A stretch of DNA of 64,000 nt from Gracilinanus agilis (lineage: Eukaryota). Below the pieces are notes generated by a model, which saw nothing but the letters and a program-made list of their open reading frames with translations, had not been told where the DNA came from and did not search any database. Positions 1 through 9,520 of this stretch are shown here, one piece after another. Each line of letters starts with the position of its first letter. The first letter of the stretch is position 1. A program made the position numbers and the translations under genes. The stretch covers positions 180,846,964 through 180,910,963 of the forward strand of contig NC_058131.1 of assembly GCF_016433145.1 (NCBI RefSeq), in the 5' to 3' direction.

Positions 1-529
1 ATCCAAGGAATCTATGCTTTCATCACCTTTGCCTCTCAGAATCCCTTGTTTTTTAGAAGCTTACCACAAATGCCACCTTTTGCATCAAATCTTTTCTAAT
101 CCCTGCCAGCTCATAGTGCCTCTCCCACCCTGCAAATTCCATGTATTTATTTTGCACATGTTTATATCTATTCATATATGTATATATGTATATATTTTTT
201 TCCTTGATAGAATGTAAGCTCTTTTAAGATAGGATCTGTTTCATTTTTTGTTTTGTTTGTCTAGTACTTATCAAAGAGCCTGGCACACAATAGGCACCTA
301 ACGAATGCTAGTTGATTAAAGATTGACTTGTTTATTGGTATATATTTTATATGCTTATATGTTCACATATTTTCCCCAATGTAATAATGTAAGTTCCTGA
401 GGGCAAGGTTTGCTTAATTTTCATCCTTATTTTCTTGTCTCTTTTTGGTACTTATGGTTCAGAAAATATATCATTGAAAATGATGAGGAATTGGGTCATT
501 AATATAATATCAGTTGGTGATATTATAAA

Positions 530-1140
530 CAGGTTCAGCCATTCTGGAAAACAATTTTGAACTATGCCCCAAAAGACTATAAAACTTCATATCCTTTGGA
601 ACATTAATACCACTACTAGGATCTGTATACCAAAGAAATTAAAGAAAAAGGCAAAGGAGATATAAGTACAAAAATATTAATAGTAGCTCTTATTGTGGTA
701 GCAAAGAACTAGAAATTGAGGAGATGACCATCAATCTCAAGGCGTAGCATGTAATTATGGTGCAACACTATTATGCTGTAAGAAAAGACAAGGGAGTTGG
801 TTTCAGAAAAGCCTGGGAAGACATATAGTAACAGCAATAAAATAACAATGATCATCTCTGAAGGACTTAGCTACTCTGGTCTAAGACAGTTCCCAAGGAC
901 TCATGATGAAAAATGCTATCCAACTTCCAAGAAAGAACTGCCAAACTATGAGGGCAGATTAAAGTAAAAAAAATTCACTTTATTTTCTTGCTTTTTTTTT
1001 TTTGATAGAATGGCTAATATGGAAAAATGTTTTGCAAGATTTTATATGTTCATTGATATCAGATTGCTTGTCTTAATGGGGAGGGGTGAGAGTGAGGGAG
1101 AGGACTCAAAATTTTAGAAAAATGTTAAAAATAAATTATA
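530..1140 (+). mobile_element. L1 3' fragment (ORF2 C-terminus plus 3' UTR), decayed
   Basis: cagccattctggaaaacaatttt...ccactactaggatctgtataccaaaga resembles the L1 ORF2 end. Confidence 0.75.
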
Positions 1141-2323
1141 CACTTATTCTTTAAAATGATGAGAAGTGGAAATGAAAAATTAAGTATAGATTTTAGAAAT
1201 GAAACTTGGAAATTAAGATTAGTATAGTTATTTTAAAGACATAAGTGATTTAAAAGACCCATTTATCTGAACTTCCCTGAGGAGTCTGATTAGATGTAAA
1301 TGTTTTGCATTTTATGAGATCAGATTGTTTAGTATGATAATTTTCTCCAAGCTTTCTAACCTCTACTTATTTTACCTACATGTCCAATTCAAATAGAAAG
1401 CCTAAGGCCTCTCCCCTCATAGCATAGCCTTTCCTTCTCACCAGAAAGCCACCTAACAGGAAAGAGTCAGCCCAAGAGAAGGACAGGTTCTGGTTAACTA
1501 GGGCTTTTTCAATGTACCCCACTCTGAGCTATGAAGCCACAGCTAATTAAAAAGAACCCTTTTATGGTAAGTGGACTAGAACCAGTACAGAATTTCTTCT
1601 CCAGAGCCCCTGTGAGGATTGTATCAGAGGCACCCTGCACATGCCCATAAGGATTGACTCACCAGCCAGGTTCCCAATACAACCAATAAAAAAATAAAGG
1701 CCCTGAATGATCTACAGGATTTCTTGCAGCTCCAACAGCCTACCTAGTACAATTAGTGAACAATACAAAATCATGTTTCCCAACAGTAGGATGTAAGCTC
1801 CTTTGATTCAGGGACTATATTTTCATTTTGTCTATATATCTCCCATTCCTAGCACATACAAGTGAGTATATTTGAAAGGCCACAGACTCTGAAGGCAATG
1901 AATGAGTGGAGGGGTGTTCTCTCTCTTGGTAACCTCATTAGCTCTCATAGGTTTAATTACTGTCTTTATGCAAATTACTGACAGAAAAGAATATCTGGGT
2001 TCCCATTCTCTCCCAGAGCTTCAGTGTCTTTCATCAACAGTTGCTAATGGAACATTTCAAACTGGATATCCCCAAAATATATTAATCTCAACATGTTTGA
2101 AATGGAACTCATTCTTTTTCCCCAAACCCTTCCCTTTCCCAAACCTCACTATTTTCATCTAAGGCATCAGTCTCATAGGTTTGTAAACTTGACATTATCT
2201 TTAACTCCCCATTCTCCATGACAGCCAATCAGTCCCTCAAATCTTGTCATTTCTACCTTCTTTGGAAATTTAACACTAGCCTGCACATGTTTCTTGGGTA
2301 CCCCAAGATAACCAAGATAAAAG

Positions 2324-2531
2324 CAGTGGTTCCCAAACTTTTTTGGCCTACAACCTGCTTTCCAGAAAAAATATTACTTAGTGCCCCCTGTCACATACTA
2401 TTACCGCCCTCTTACAGTTATTCACCACCCCCAAGTGCACCTGTGGCCATCACTGCTTCCCTGGATTGCTGCAGCACCCATGGGGAGGGGGGAGGGAGGG
2501 GTGGTGGTGGCACCCACTTTGGGAATCACTG
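2324..2531 (+). mobile_element. hAT/Charlie-type MITE, 208 bp
   Basis: TIRs CAGTGGTTCCCAAA / TTTGGGAATCACTG (13/14). Degraded 8-bp TSD gataaaag/ctttaaag. Homologous to the inverted copy at 4883-5074. Confidence 0.85.
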
Positions 2532-2566
2532 CTTTAAAGGGATAAAAATTTAATCTTAAAATTGAA

Positions 2567-2751
2567 GGGCAGCTGGGTAGCTCAGTGGAGTGAGAGTCAG
2601 GCCTAGAGACAGGAGGTCCTAGGTTCAAACTGGGCCTCAGCCACTTCCCAGCTGTGTGACCCTGGGCAAGTCACTTGACCCCCATTGCCCACCCTTACCA
2701 ATCTTCCACCTATGAGACAATACACCGGAAGTACAAGGGTTTAAAAAAAAA
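2567..2751 (+). mobile_element. Young SINE1_Mdo-type SINE, full length
   Basis: A box (tagctcagtgg), B box (ggttcaaac), CORE-like body and an A tail. Near-identical to copies at 27461, 31380 and 41284. Confidence 0.93.
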
Positions 2752-3272
2752 TGAAGTTATAATTGTTTCCCCACCCCTTGAGTTAGAATGAAGACAAAGC
2801 CTGTTGTTTATCTGTAAACAATAGTCAGGAAGGGAAAGTGGAGATGCCACTGCAGCCATTCTAAAGGTCTCTACCCTTCAGTCCGGAAGACCTTTGTATC
2901 TTGTGCTTCTGACTCTCTGATGTCTAGAAGACCTTCCTCTTGCCCAGAGTGAGATTGGAGTCCTCCAATCAGAGGGGCTTTGGAAAAGGACATAAGGAAA
3001 AGCATACATTAGAGCACCAAGAAGAAGTAGAGACCTTTTTCCTGGAAATTTAGGATTTTTTGGCCTCCCTCTTGTAGGAGGCTTGCTAAGGGAATGGTCA
3101 GCCACATATGTCCAGAGGCTTTTTCTTTCTCTGGCCTGTTTTTTATTATTTAATAATTACAAATTAAGATACAGTCTCCAGAGAATTTTAATCTTAACTC
3201 TTCACAACATTCTCTGAGACTACTTTCCATTCACATAGCTATCACTTAACTTCAGACTTTTATCAACTTAAG

Positions 3273-3525
3273 AGGTATCTAGTTGGTGGTGCAATAGAGA
3301 GTGCTGGGCCTGGAATCAGGAAGATCTGAGTTCCATTCTGGCCTTTGACACTTATTAGCTATGTGACTCTGGAGACTGTCTGCCCTAGTTTCCTTATCTG
3401 TAAAATGGAGAGATAATTTAAAGCACTTACCTCCTGGGTTGTTGTGAGGATCAAATAGTATAATGCTTGTAAAGTGTCTGGCACAAAGTAAACTCTATAT
3501 AGTTAACTATTGTTGTTATTACTAA
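3273..3525 (+). mobile_element. MIR-type CORE-SINE; others at ~10650-10900 (+), ~12380-12620 (-), ~17740-18100 (-), ~21655-21855 (+) and many fragments
   Basis: CORE motif tttccttatctgtaaaatggagataat...gttgttgtgaggatcaaat. Confidence 0.8.
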
Positions 3526-4669
3526 TTTAATGATGGGCAAGTCACTTAAATGCTATTTGGATTAGTTTCCATATTTGTAGAATGGAGCTAATAATAGCAT
3601 CTACCTAGAAAGACTGCTTAGTACAGTGTCTAGCACATAGTAGGAGCTACAAACATGCTTATTCTCTCCTCCTACTTAGATTATTGTATCAGTTTTTTGA
3701 TGGGTGTTCCTGCCTCAGGTGTCCCCACTTTAGTTCATCCTTGGAAAGATCATCCAGTACTTTTTGAATACTCTCCACTTCTGGCAATGAAACCACAGTT
3801 GATCAAAAAATCTCCTTTATGGCAGCAGACCAGAACTGAAACCGCTACTGCTGAAAAAAAATTTCAGAAAGTTTAGTGACCATGTGATTCCTTTAATTAA
3901 CTACTATGGCTTCCTATTGCTCCTTTGTTTAGCTTTTAAAGCCCTTTACAAACTGGTCCTAAAGTGTCTTTCCGGCCTCATTAGAATTTACTTCCCCTCA
4001 CACTCTGCCAAATTGGCCTTCTTTCTATTTCTTAGGCAGGATAGTCCATCTCTCATTTCCATACCTCTGCACTGGCCATCTCCCATACCTGGAATGCATT
4101 TCCTCCTTACTTTTTCCTCCGGTTCCTTCTCTTCCTTTAAGTACTTCCTTTAACCTCTAGCTTTGTGTTCTACATAAAGGCCTTTCTTATCTCCTCCTAT
4201 CTCTAGTGCCCCTCTCATCTCCAACCCCAGTGCCATCCCAGACTGATGATCCCTGAATGATCCCATTCATAACTATGTCTGAGATGTATTCACTTCATAT
4301 TTTATAAATCTTTTCTTTCTTTTAAATCCCAGTTCAGTAATCTCTGTGAAAGTGAATTCTTTCTGATCCTTCAATCTGACAAGTCTCTTTTGCCTTCATC
4401 GCTTCCTACCATTCTTAAATACTTTCATATTGTGGTTATTTGGTATCGTCTCCCCTCTAATATAAATGAACTCTTTTAAGGACAGGGACTTTGACGTTTA
4501 CCAGCTAGTTCATTCAGTGATTTTTAAAAAGGAAATCGAGGTGGAAGGGATTCTTTTTCAGGTATGGTTTGGATTTAAGTGAGGTCCCTTCCAACTTGGA
4601 GATTCTGTCACTCATTTATCTTTGTAACCCCAGCACAGCACAGTCAATGAGTCTTTATTATATTAACAA

Positions 4670-4860
4670 TTATGTACATTTATAAAATTAAGTTATAACA
4701 TAATCACAATAAGTATAAATATATTAGAATATTATTAGTTATATTATAAAATAATGATATACAACTATCAAAACATAATATATAATTATTATATACTGAT
4801 AGAATATATTATATATAACACATTCATAATATATTTTATTAATCCCTTACTTTATATATC
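4670..4860. repeat. AT-rich low-complexity tract; similar TA-rich or purine-pyrimidine tracts at ~10271-10292, 35620-35655, 44160-44220, 62330-62375 and 63650-63750
   Basis: Base composition. Confidence 0.8.
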
Positions 4861-4882
4861 AGGCACTAGTTTAACTCTAGAG

Positions 4883-5074
4883 CAGTGATTCCCAAAGTGG
4901 TTGCTATGCCCCCTGGTGGGTGCTGCAGCAATCCAGGGAGAGCAGTGATGGCCACAGGTGCATTTATCTTTCCTATTAATTGCTATTAAAATAAAAAAAA
5001 TAATTTCCAGGGGGCTAAGTAATATTTTTTCTGGAAAGGGGGGGCGGTAGACCAAAAAAGTTTGGAAACCACTG
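4883..5074 (-). mobile_element. hAT/Charlie-type MITE, 192 bp, same family as 2324-2531, opposite orientation
   Basis: TIRs CAGTGATTCCCAAA / TTTGGAAACCACTG. 8-bp TSD ctctagag/ctttagag (7/8), matching the Charlie NTCTAGAN preference. Confidence 0.9.
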
Positions 5075-5184
5075 CTTTAGAGGATACAATGAAAAGAAAA
5101 AAAAATAGGCAAAGTCCAAAACTAAAAAACTCAAGAGTTACTGCTCCCAAGATCACAGCCTCATGAAAAAAAAAATGTGTTAGG

Positions 5185-5680
5185 GGTATGCTGGAATCTG
5201 CTTTTACCTGCTTGTTAAATTTTTAACATTAGCAATTATACCTCAGAAATTGACAAACCAATGGTTGCTGAAAACCAAAACTAAACCATGATATCACTAA
5301 TAAGGGGTAGCTAGATGGCACTGTGGATAGACTTGCTTGGCCTGTAATCAGGAAGAGGAAGTCTTCTTGAATTCAAATCCAACCTCATTTACTTAGGTTT
5401 AAGTCACTTAACCTTGATTGGCTTCAGATTTCTTCTCTGTAAAAGGAGCTAAGAAATGGCAGACCACTGCAGTATCTTTGTCAAGAAAACCTCAAAATAG
5501 GGTCGTTGTACTTGACTGAATAACCACCAAATCCATTAATGCTACAAGTCAGGGCTTGATTTATTGCTTTATTGTATAGGTTTAAGAAACTGATGGAGAA
5601 ATTTTTAATAATTAAATTCAGAAGTGTGTTCTGCTCTTTTTTTAAAGGTTCCAGTTGTTAAGTATTCAGCTGCATATGTA
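5185..5680. mobile_element. Ancient hAT-Tip100-like DNA transposon remnant (ORSL-like) split by a MAR1-type SINE
   Basis: Segments such as gttaaattttt...cctcagaaattgacaaac and gctacaagtcagggcttgatttattg...gatggagaaa resemble this family from memory. Needs RepeatMasker. Confidence 0.45.
5304..5525 (+). mobile_element. MAR1-type marsupial CORE-SINE with RTE-like tail; similar copies at ~11700-11945 and ~17103-17350
   Basis: tRNA-like head plus tail motif gaaatggca(a/g)accact..agtatctttg(c/t)caagaaaac. Confidence 0.75.
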
Positions 5681-6124
5681 TACAAACAAGGAGCTTAAAG
5701 TGGGGAGAACTGAATTTTCAGAAAATTCAGATTGTTAGCCTGATTTGATCACTTTCTCCTTCACCGAAGGGAGGGGGGAGGTTGCCTTACAAAGGGAATA
5801 AGTCTTACTCCCCTATCCTCCCTTCCCCCTTTTCAAATTCCAGTCTTTGCCATCTGTCACTCGGAGAATCCCAGAAAGGGGCCGGGAAGCCAAAGCTGGG
5901 AACATGAAGGGGAATGAGAGCTTATCATTCCCGGCAGTGACCTAGATTTAGCTAGGTAATGAATGTCACAATCGGGGCGCACATCGCCCTAGCACCCTTG
6001 ATTTTTGCAAACAATCCCAAGGCTGTTCGGGGCCCTCGGGCTTGTAGTGGGGAGGAGACGAGGCAAAGGGCTGGGTGGGGGATGGGCAGCTGCATTCCTG
6101 TCAAAACCCGCTGCTGGAACCCGC

Positions 6125-6153
6125 GCGGGAAAATCTGCTTGACAATCACGTCA
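6125..6153 (-). promoter_or_regulatory. E2F site TTTTCCCGC (minus strand, 6125-6133) and CRE/ATF-type TGACGTGA (minus strand, 6146-6153)
   Basis: Exact motif matches in the left CpG lobe. Confidence 0.55.
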
Positions 6154-6624
6154 CGCGGCCTCCAGCTAGGAACCGAGCCCATCAGTCCACCCGCCCTCCT
6201 TCCCTCCCCAGGGAGAGCGCTGACAGCCTTCCAGCCGTCGGGATCCAGCATGGCTCACTCTCCCCGAATTCAGTCCCGAGGGGTAGAGAGTCCTCTACTC
6301 CGCGGTTCTCAGTCCAGCAGCCCTGCTGCGCCTGTCTCCTCGTCCCGCCCACCCGGAGAGGCTCGCCCGGCCGTTGGTGAACGGTCCTCTTACGTAAGGG
6401 TCGCGGATCCTCCCTCCCTAATTTCCGTCTCTCCTCCTACCCAGTCTTTCTTCCTTCCCCCTCCCTCTCTATTCCTCTTCCTTCAGTTCCTGTCGCCCCA
6501 ATTCGAGATTACATTTATTTATTAAACGATGCTCGAAGCACTATGCTAGAAATACAACGACCAAAATGAAATAATGCCTGCCCTCCACGAGTTTATATTC
6601 CACTGTTCTTTCTAAGATTTAGGA

Positions 6625-6785
6625 ATTTTTAAACCAGGGATCTGTGAAGTCAACTTTTTCTTCAATATTTCGCTAACCGTTTCAATAGAACTGGTTTCTT
6701 TTGTAATCTTACGCACTTGAAAACATGATTCTGTTAAAGGAAAAGGGCCAATGACGCAAGGTTAAGGTTAAGAAGCCGTTTTTAG
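6625..6785. mobile_element. Old hAT-Charlie (MER5-like) remnant inside the CpG island; a related copy lies at ~33780-33930
   Basis: Diagnostic segments ggtttcttttgtaatc, aaaacatgattctg and aggttaagaa. Confidence 0.5.
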
Positions 6786-6878
6786 TCTTCTGAGAGGTGG
6801 CCCTCTGAAGAGAGAGCAAGGCTTCAGGTTCAACCCTCAGAAGAGACGTTACAGGGGTAATTAGCTGTCAGTGGGTCC

Positions 6879-7038
6879 GCGCTTGCGCGCTCCCGCGCCC
6901 TGCCCTGCTGGCTCCCTCTAGAGGGGAGGAGAGGAAGAGGCAAACTCACTCTTGGTCCTGGTTAAAGGAGGGGGTACGGCCCGGGGCGGGGCGGGGCTGA
7001 GGAGGCGGGTGTCTAGCGTCTCCGCTTTGGGCGGAGTC
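6879..7038. promoter_or_regulatory. TATA-less core promoter motifs: NRF1-like GCGCTTGCGC (6879-6888), tandem GC boxes GGGGCGGGGCGGGGC (6983-6997), GGGCGG (~7030)
   Basis: Direct motif matches in the island upstream of exon 1. Binding is not shown. Confidence 0.65.
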
Positions 7039-7166
7039 GGGACAAAAGCAGCTCCTGTAAGACCCCAGTAGAGCAGCCGGCTGTGTGAGGCGGGAGGTCG
7101 GGTGGCGTAGCTATCCGTTTGTTTTCATCCCTTCGCTTCGCTTCACTGTTCTTTTGCACCTGGGAG

Positions 7167-7170
<4 letters not shown>

Positions 7171-7205
<35 letters not shown>

Positions 7206-7224
7206 TGTGTGTGTGTGTGTGTGT
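7171..7224 (+). repeat. Compound microsatellite (GA)16(GT)11 between the promoter and the CDS2 ATG
   Basis: Read directly from the sequence. Confidence 0.97.
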
Positions 7225-7480
7225 TACCGAGCGGATCCGAGCTCCGTCGGAGGAAGCAGCGCTCCTACTGAGCTGGGGGCGGCAGTGGGGGCTGAGCCTG
7301 GGCCCGGACGGGCCGTGGGGAAGGTCCGGTTTGCTTTGCTTTTCCACTGGGTTTGAGCCCTGTCGGAGAGGGAGAGGGCTTCTAGAAGGCAGAGGCCCTG
7401 AGGCTCCTGCTTCCCTGCAGGAAAAGAGCGTCCTTGGGGAGAAAGAAGGCGGGGGGCCGGAGCAGGAGTGCTTTCCCAGA

Positions 7481-7543
7481 ATGACGGAACTGAGGCAGAG
7501 GCTGCCCCATGAGCCCAACGGGCGGCAGGAGGCGGAGGACAAG
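7481..7543 (+). CDS. CDS2: CDS2 coding exon 1 (MTELRQRLPHEPNGRQEAEDK), 63 nt, phase-0 donor
   Basis: First ATG downstream of the GC boxes (cccagaATGa, A at -3). Translation matches the mammalian CDS2 N-terminus (human MTELRQRVAHEPVAPPEDK). Ends at donor AAG|GTAACT at 7543/7544. Confidence 0.95.
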
Positions 7544-8689
7544 GTAACTGGAGCGAGGGGCGGGCGAGAGCTCTCATGCCCTTTCCGCCCTCTGCGGAAG
7601 GGGTGGGGGGAGCGAAGGGCCGGGGTCGGAGAGGGGGATGGATGCTTCAACCCATCCCCCAGCAGCTACTCTTTGGGGTGCCGGGGATAGAGGCAGAGGC
7701 TGCCTCGGGGCGCATTTGCTTTGGAAGGTGAGGATGTAGACTACTGGAGAGGAAGCCTCGCTGTCCATGTTTTGCTGAACGAAGGGGGCAGCGTGCTGTG
7801 CTGGAGACTGCTGGCCAGGGAGATCAGGGGGCCTGGATTCCAGCTTTGCTCTGTTGTGGGAGAGACCACGGCTAAGCCCTTTCTCCGGGTCCTCAGTTTC
7901 CTTATCTACTAAACAGCGGAGCTGGATTTGGATGAAACCCAAGGGCTTCTCCCGCTCCACATTAAAGGGGGCCTGTTATGCGTTGTGAGCTCCCAGATGC
8001 AGGAGTCATCCAAATGGCAGCTTGCAAGGAAGATATGGATAGACTAGAGATAGTTAGAAAGTGATCTCCTTGTAACAATAACAAGGAAAAGGATTTGTGG
8101 TCGCCTCCCTAAAACATCAGATGTCCGTTCCAAAACATCCTGGCAAATATCCTGGATAATTTAATACTTGCCCGTGATAGAGGAATGATTTACATTTCAT
8201 TTTCTCCACCACCTCTTTTACAAACCGTGAAACCAATCATGTAGAGATAAATTTGGAGTTCTCTGAGCATCCTAATGAAGGCAGGTATGTCAACAAGCCT
8301 TTCAGTGTAGAAACTGTGGACTGATGAAATTGAGAGAGATCTAGTTGTATTTTTTGGATAAGTTGAGACTTATGGCAACTTCAGTGCAAGCTATTCAATC
8401 TGAAGGAAATGAAATGCCCTATATAGTGTCTTCAGCACAAGTTCCTTTTTTGTTGTCACTGTTAAACATTGATCTCTTTTGAGTATAAGACACCAATCTG
8501 GGTGCTTGGGATACAAATTTACTAACTAAAATAAATTCCAGTAAGGGAATTACAAAGAGAAAACATTCCAGTCTCCCTAAAGAGATAAATTGAGAGGTAT
8601 GGCAGCCTAGGTTGTATTTGATAGTAGTGTATGTAAATAAGTGCCATAGGATTTCATTGGTGAGAAATAAGAGTGTGGGTTGCTGTGGT

Positions 8690-9520
8690 CAGGGAAATAT
8701 TTATATGTAATGTATGGGTCTTAAAGGAAGTAGAAGACTTAGATGGAAGGGCATGGAGAAAGGAATTTCAGGTAAGGGACCGCAAACCATGTGTGAGTTG
8801 GAACGATCCATTTTTTGAGGGATAACAAATAGACCAATTTGAGTTGAGTGGAAGATTTGTAATGTGAGATAAACTTGGAGGAGTAGATAGGGTCCAGATA
8901 GTGGAGGGTCTTTGTAGGCATTATGGTAGTGCTTCTGAAAGTTTTGAGCTGGTAATATATAAAGCTGTGTTTTAAGAAGATTATTTGGCAGTGGGATGTA
9001 GGATGGTTTGGAGAGACAAACTGCATAGACATCTTGACTAGGCTGAGAGCATCAGGAGTGGAAGGAAAGAGAAAAGGTTTAGTATTCATTAAAGAGAAGT
9101 CGGCTCAACCAGATTGAGGATGGACTGGATATAGAAAGAGAAAATGATGCCTACAATTTGAACTTCTGTGATTCTGGGGTATGAAAATGATAGAAATAGA
9201 ATGGTTTAGAGAGTGTTGCTTTGGAGGAAATGTAATGGATAACAACCTTGGTGTTAAGCCCAATGGCATATTGTTGAAAATGGGACATCCAAGTGGAGAT
9301 AGGTATGACTAGGTCTTTTGGAGAGAAACTAGGTCTTGACCCAGAGATTTGGGAGTCATCTGTGTAATTGAAGCCACAATGATGAGAGTGAGAGAATGAA
9401 AGAGAGAATGAACATGGAGGCAGAGGGAGAAGTAGAAATAAAGAAGGAATAGAGAGAAACTGTATTATGTAGAAACAGAGAAAAGAGTTTCAAGAAGGGA
9501 AGGAGGCAGACAGATTCTTA
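8690..9520 (-). mobile_element. L2 remnant; others at ~40-320 (+), 3930-4200 (+), 21350-21650 (-), 23320-23860 (-), 24020-24470 (-), 29690-29940 (+), 30330-31150 (-) and 62240-62970 (-)
   Basis: L2 3'-end motifs (agaatgtaagctc...gggcaggga...cctggcacatagtagg) and purine-rich antisense L2 body. Confidence 0.65.

Larger units (their letters stand above)
5870..7810. promoter_or_regulatory. CpG island with two lobes (~5870-6420 and ~6870-7810) containing the CDS2 promoter and exon 1
   Basis: High GC and dense CpG against a strongly CpG-depleted background. The lobes are separated by an AT-richer, TE-derived spacer at ~6500-6800. Confidence 0.9.

Noticed and set aside
2567-2650. tRNA genes at SINE heads (A and B boxes)
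   Set aside because: tRNA-derived SINE promoters followed by SINE body and tail. No complete cloverleaf.
1-5870. PCNA coding exons, expected upstream on the minus strand by human synteny
   Set aside because: No minus-strand sequence resembling MFEARL... or other PCNA peptides was seen. The region is mostly repeats.
5952-6251. Minus-strand ORF MLDPDGWK... as a divergent protein-coding gene
   Set aside because: No recognisable homology. Typical stop-poor ORF of a CpG island.
7111-7960. Overlapping ORFs 7111-7650, 7224-7577, 7574-7960 and 7721-7912
   Set aside because: GC-rich or microsatellite-derived frames overlapping CDS2 exon 1, with no homology.
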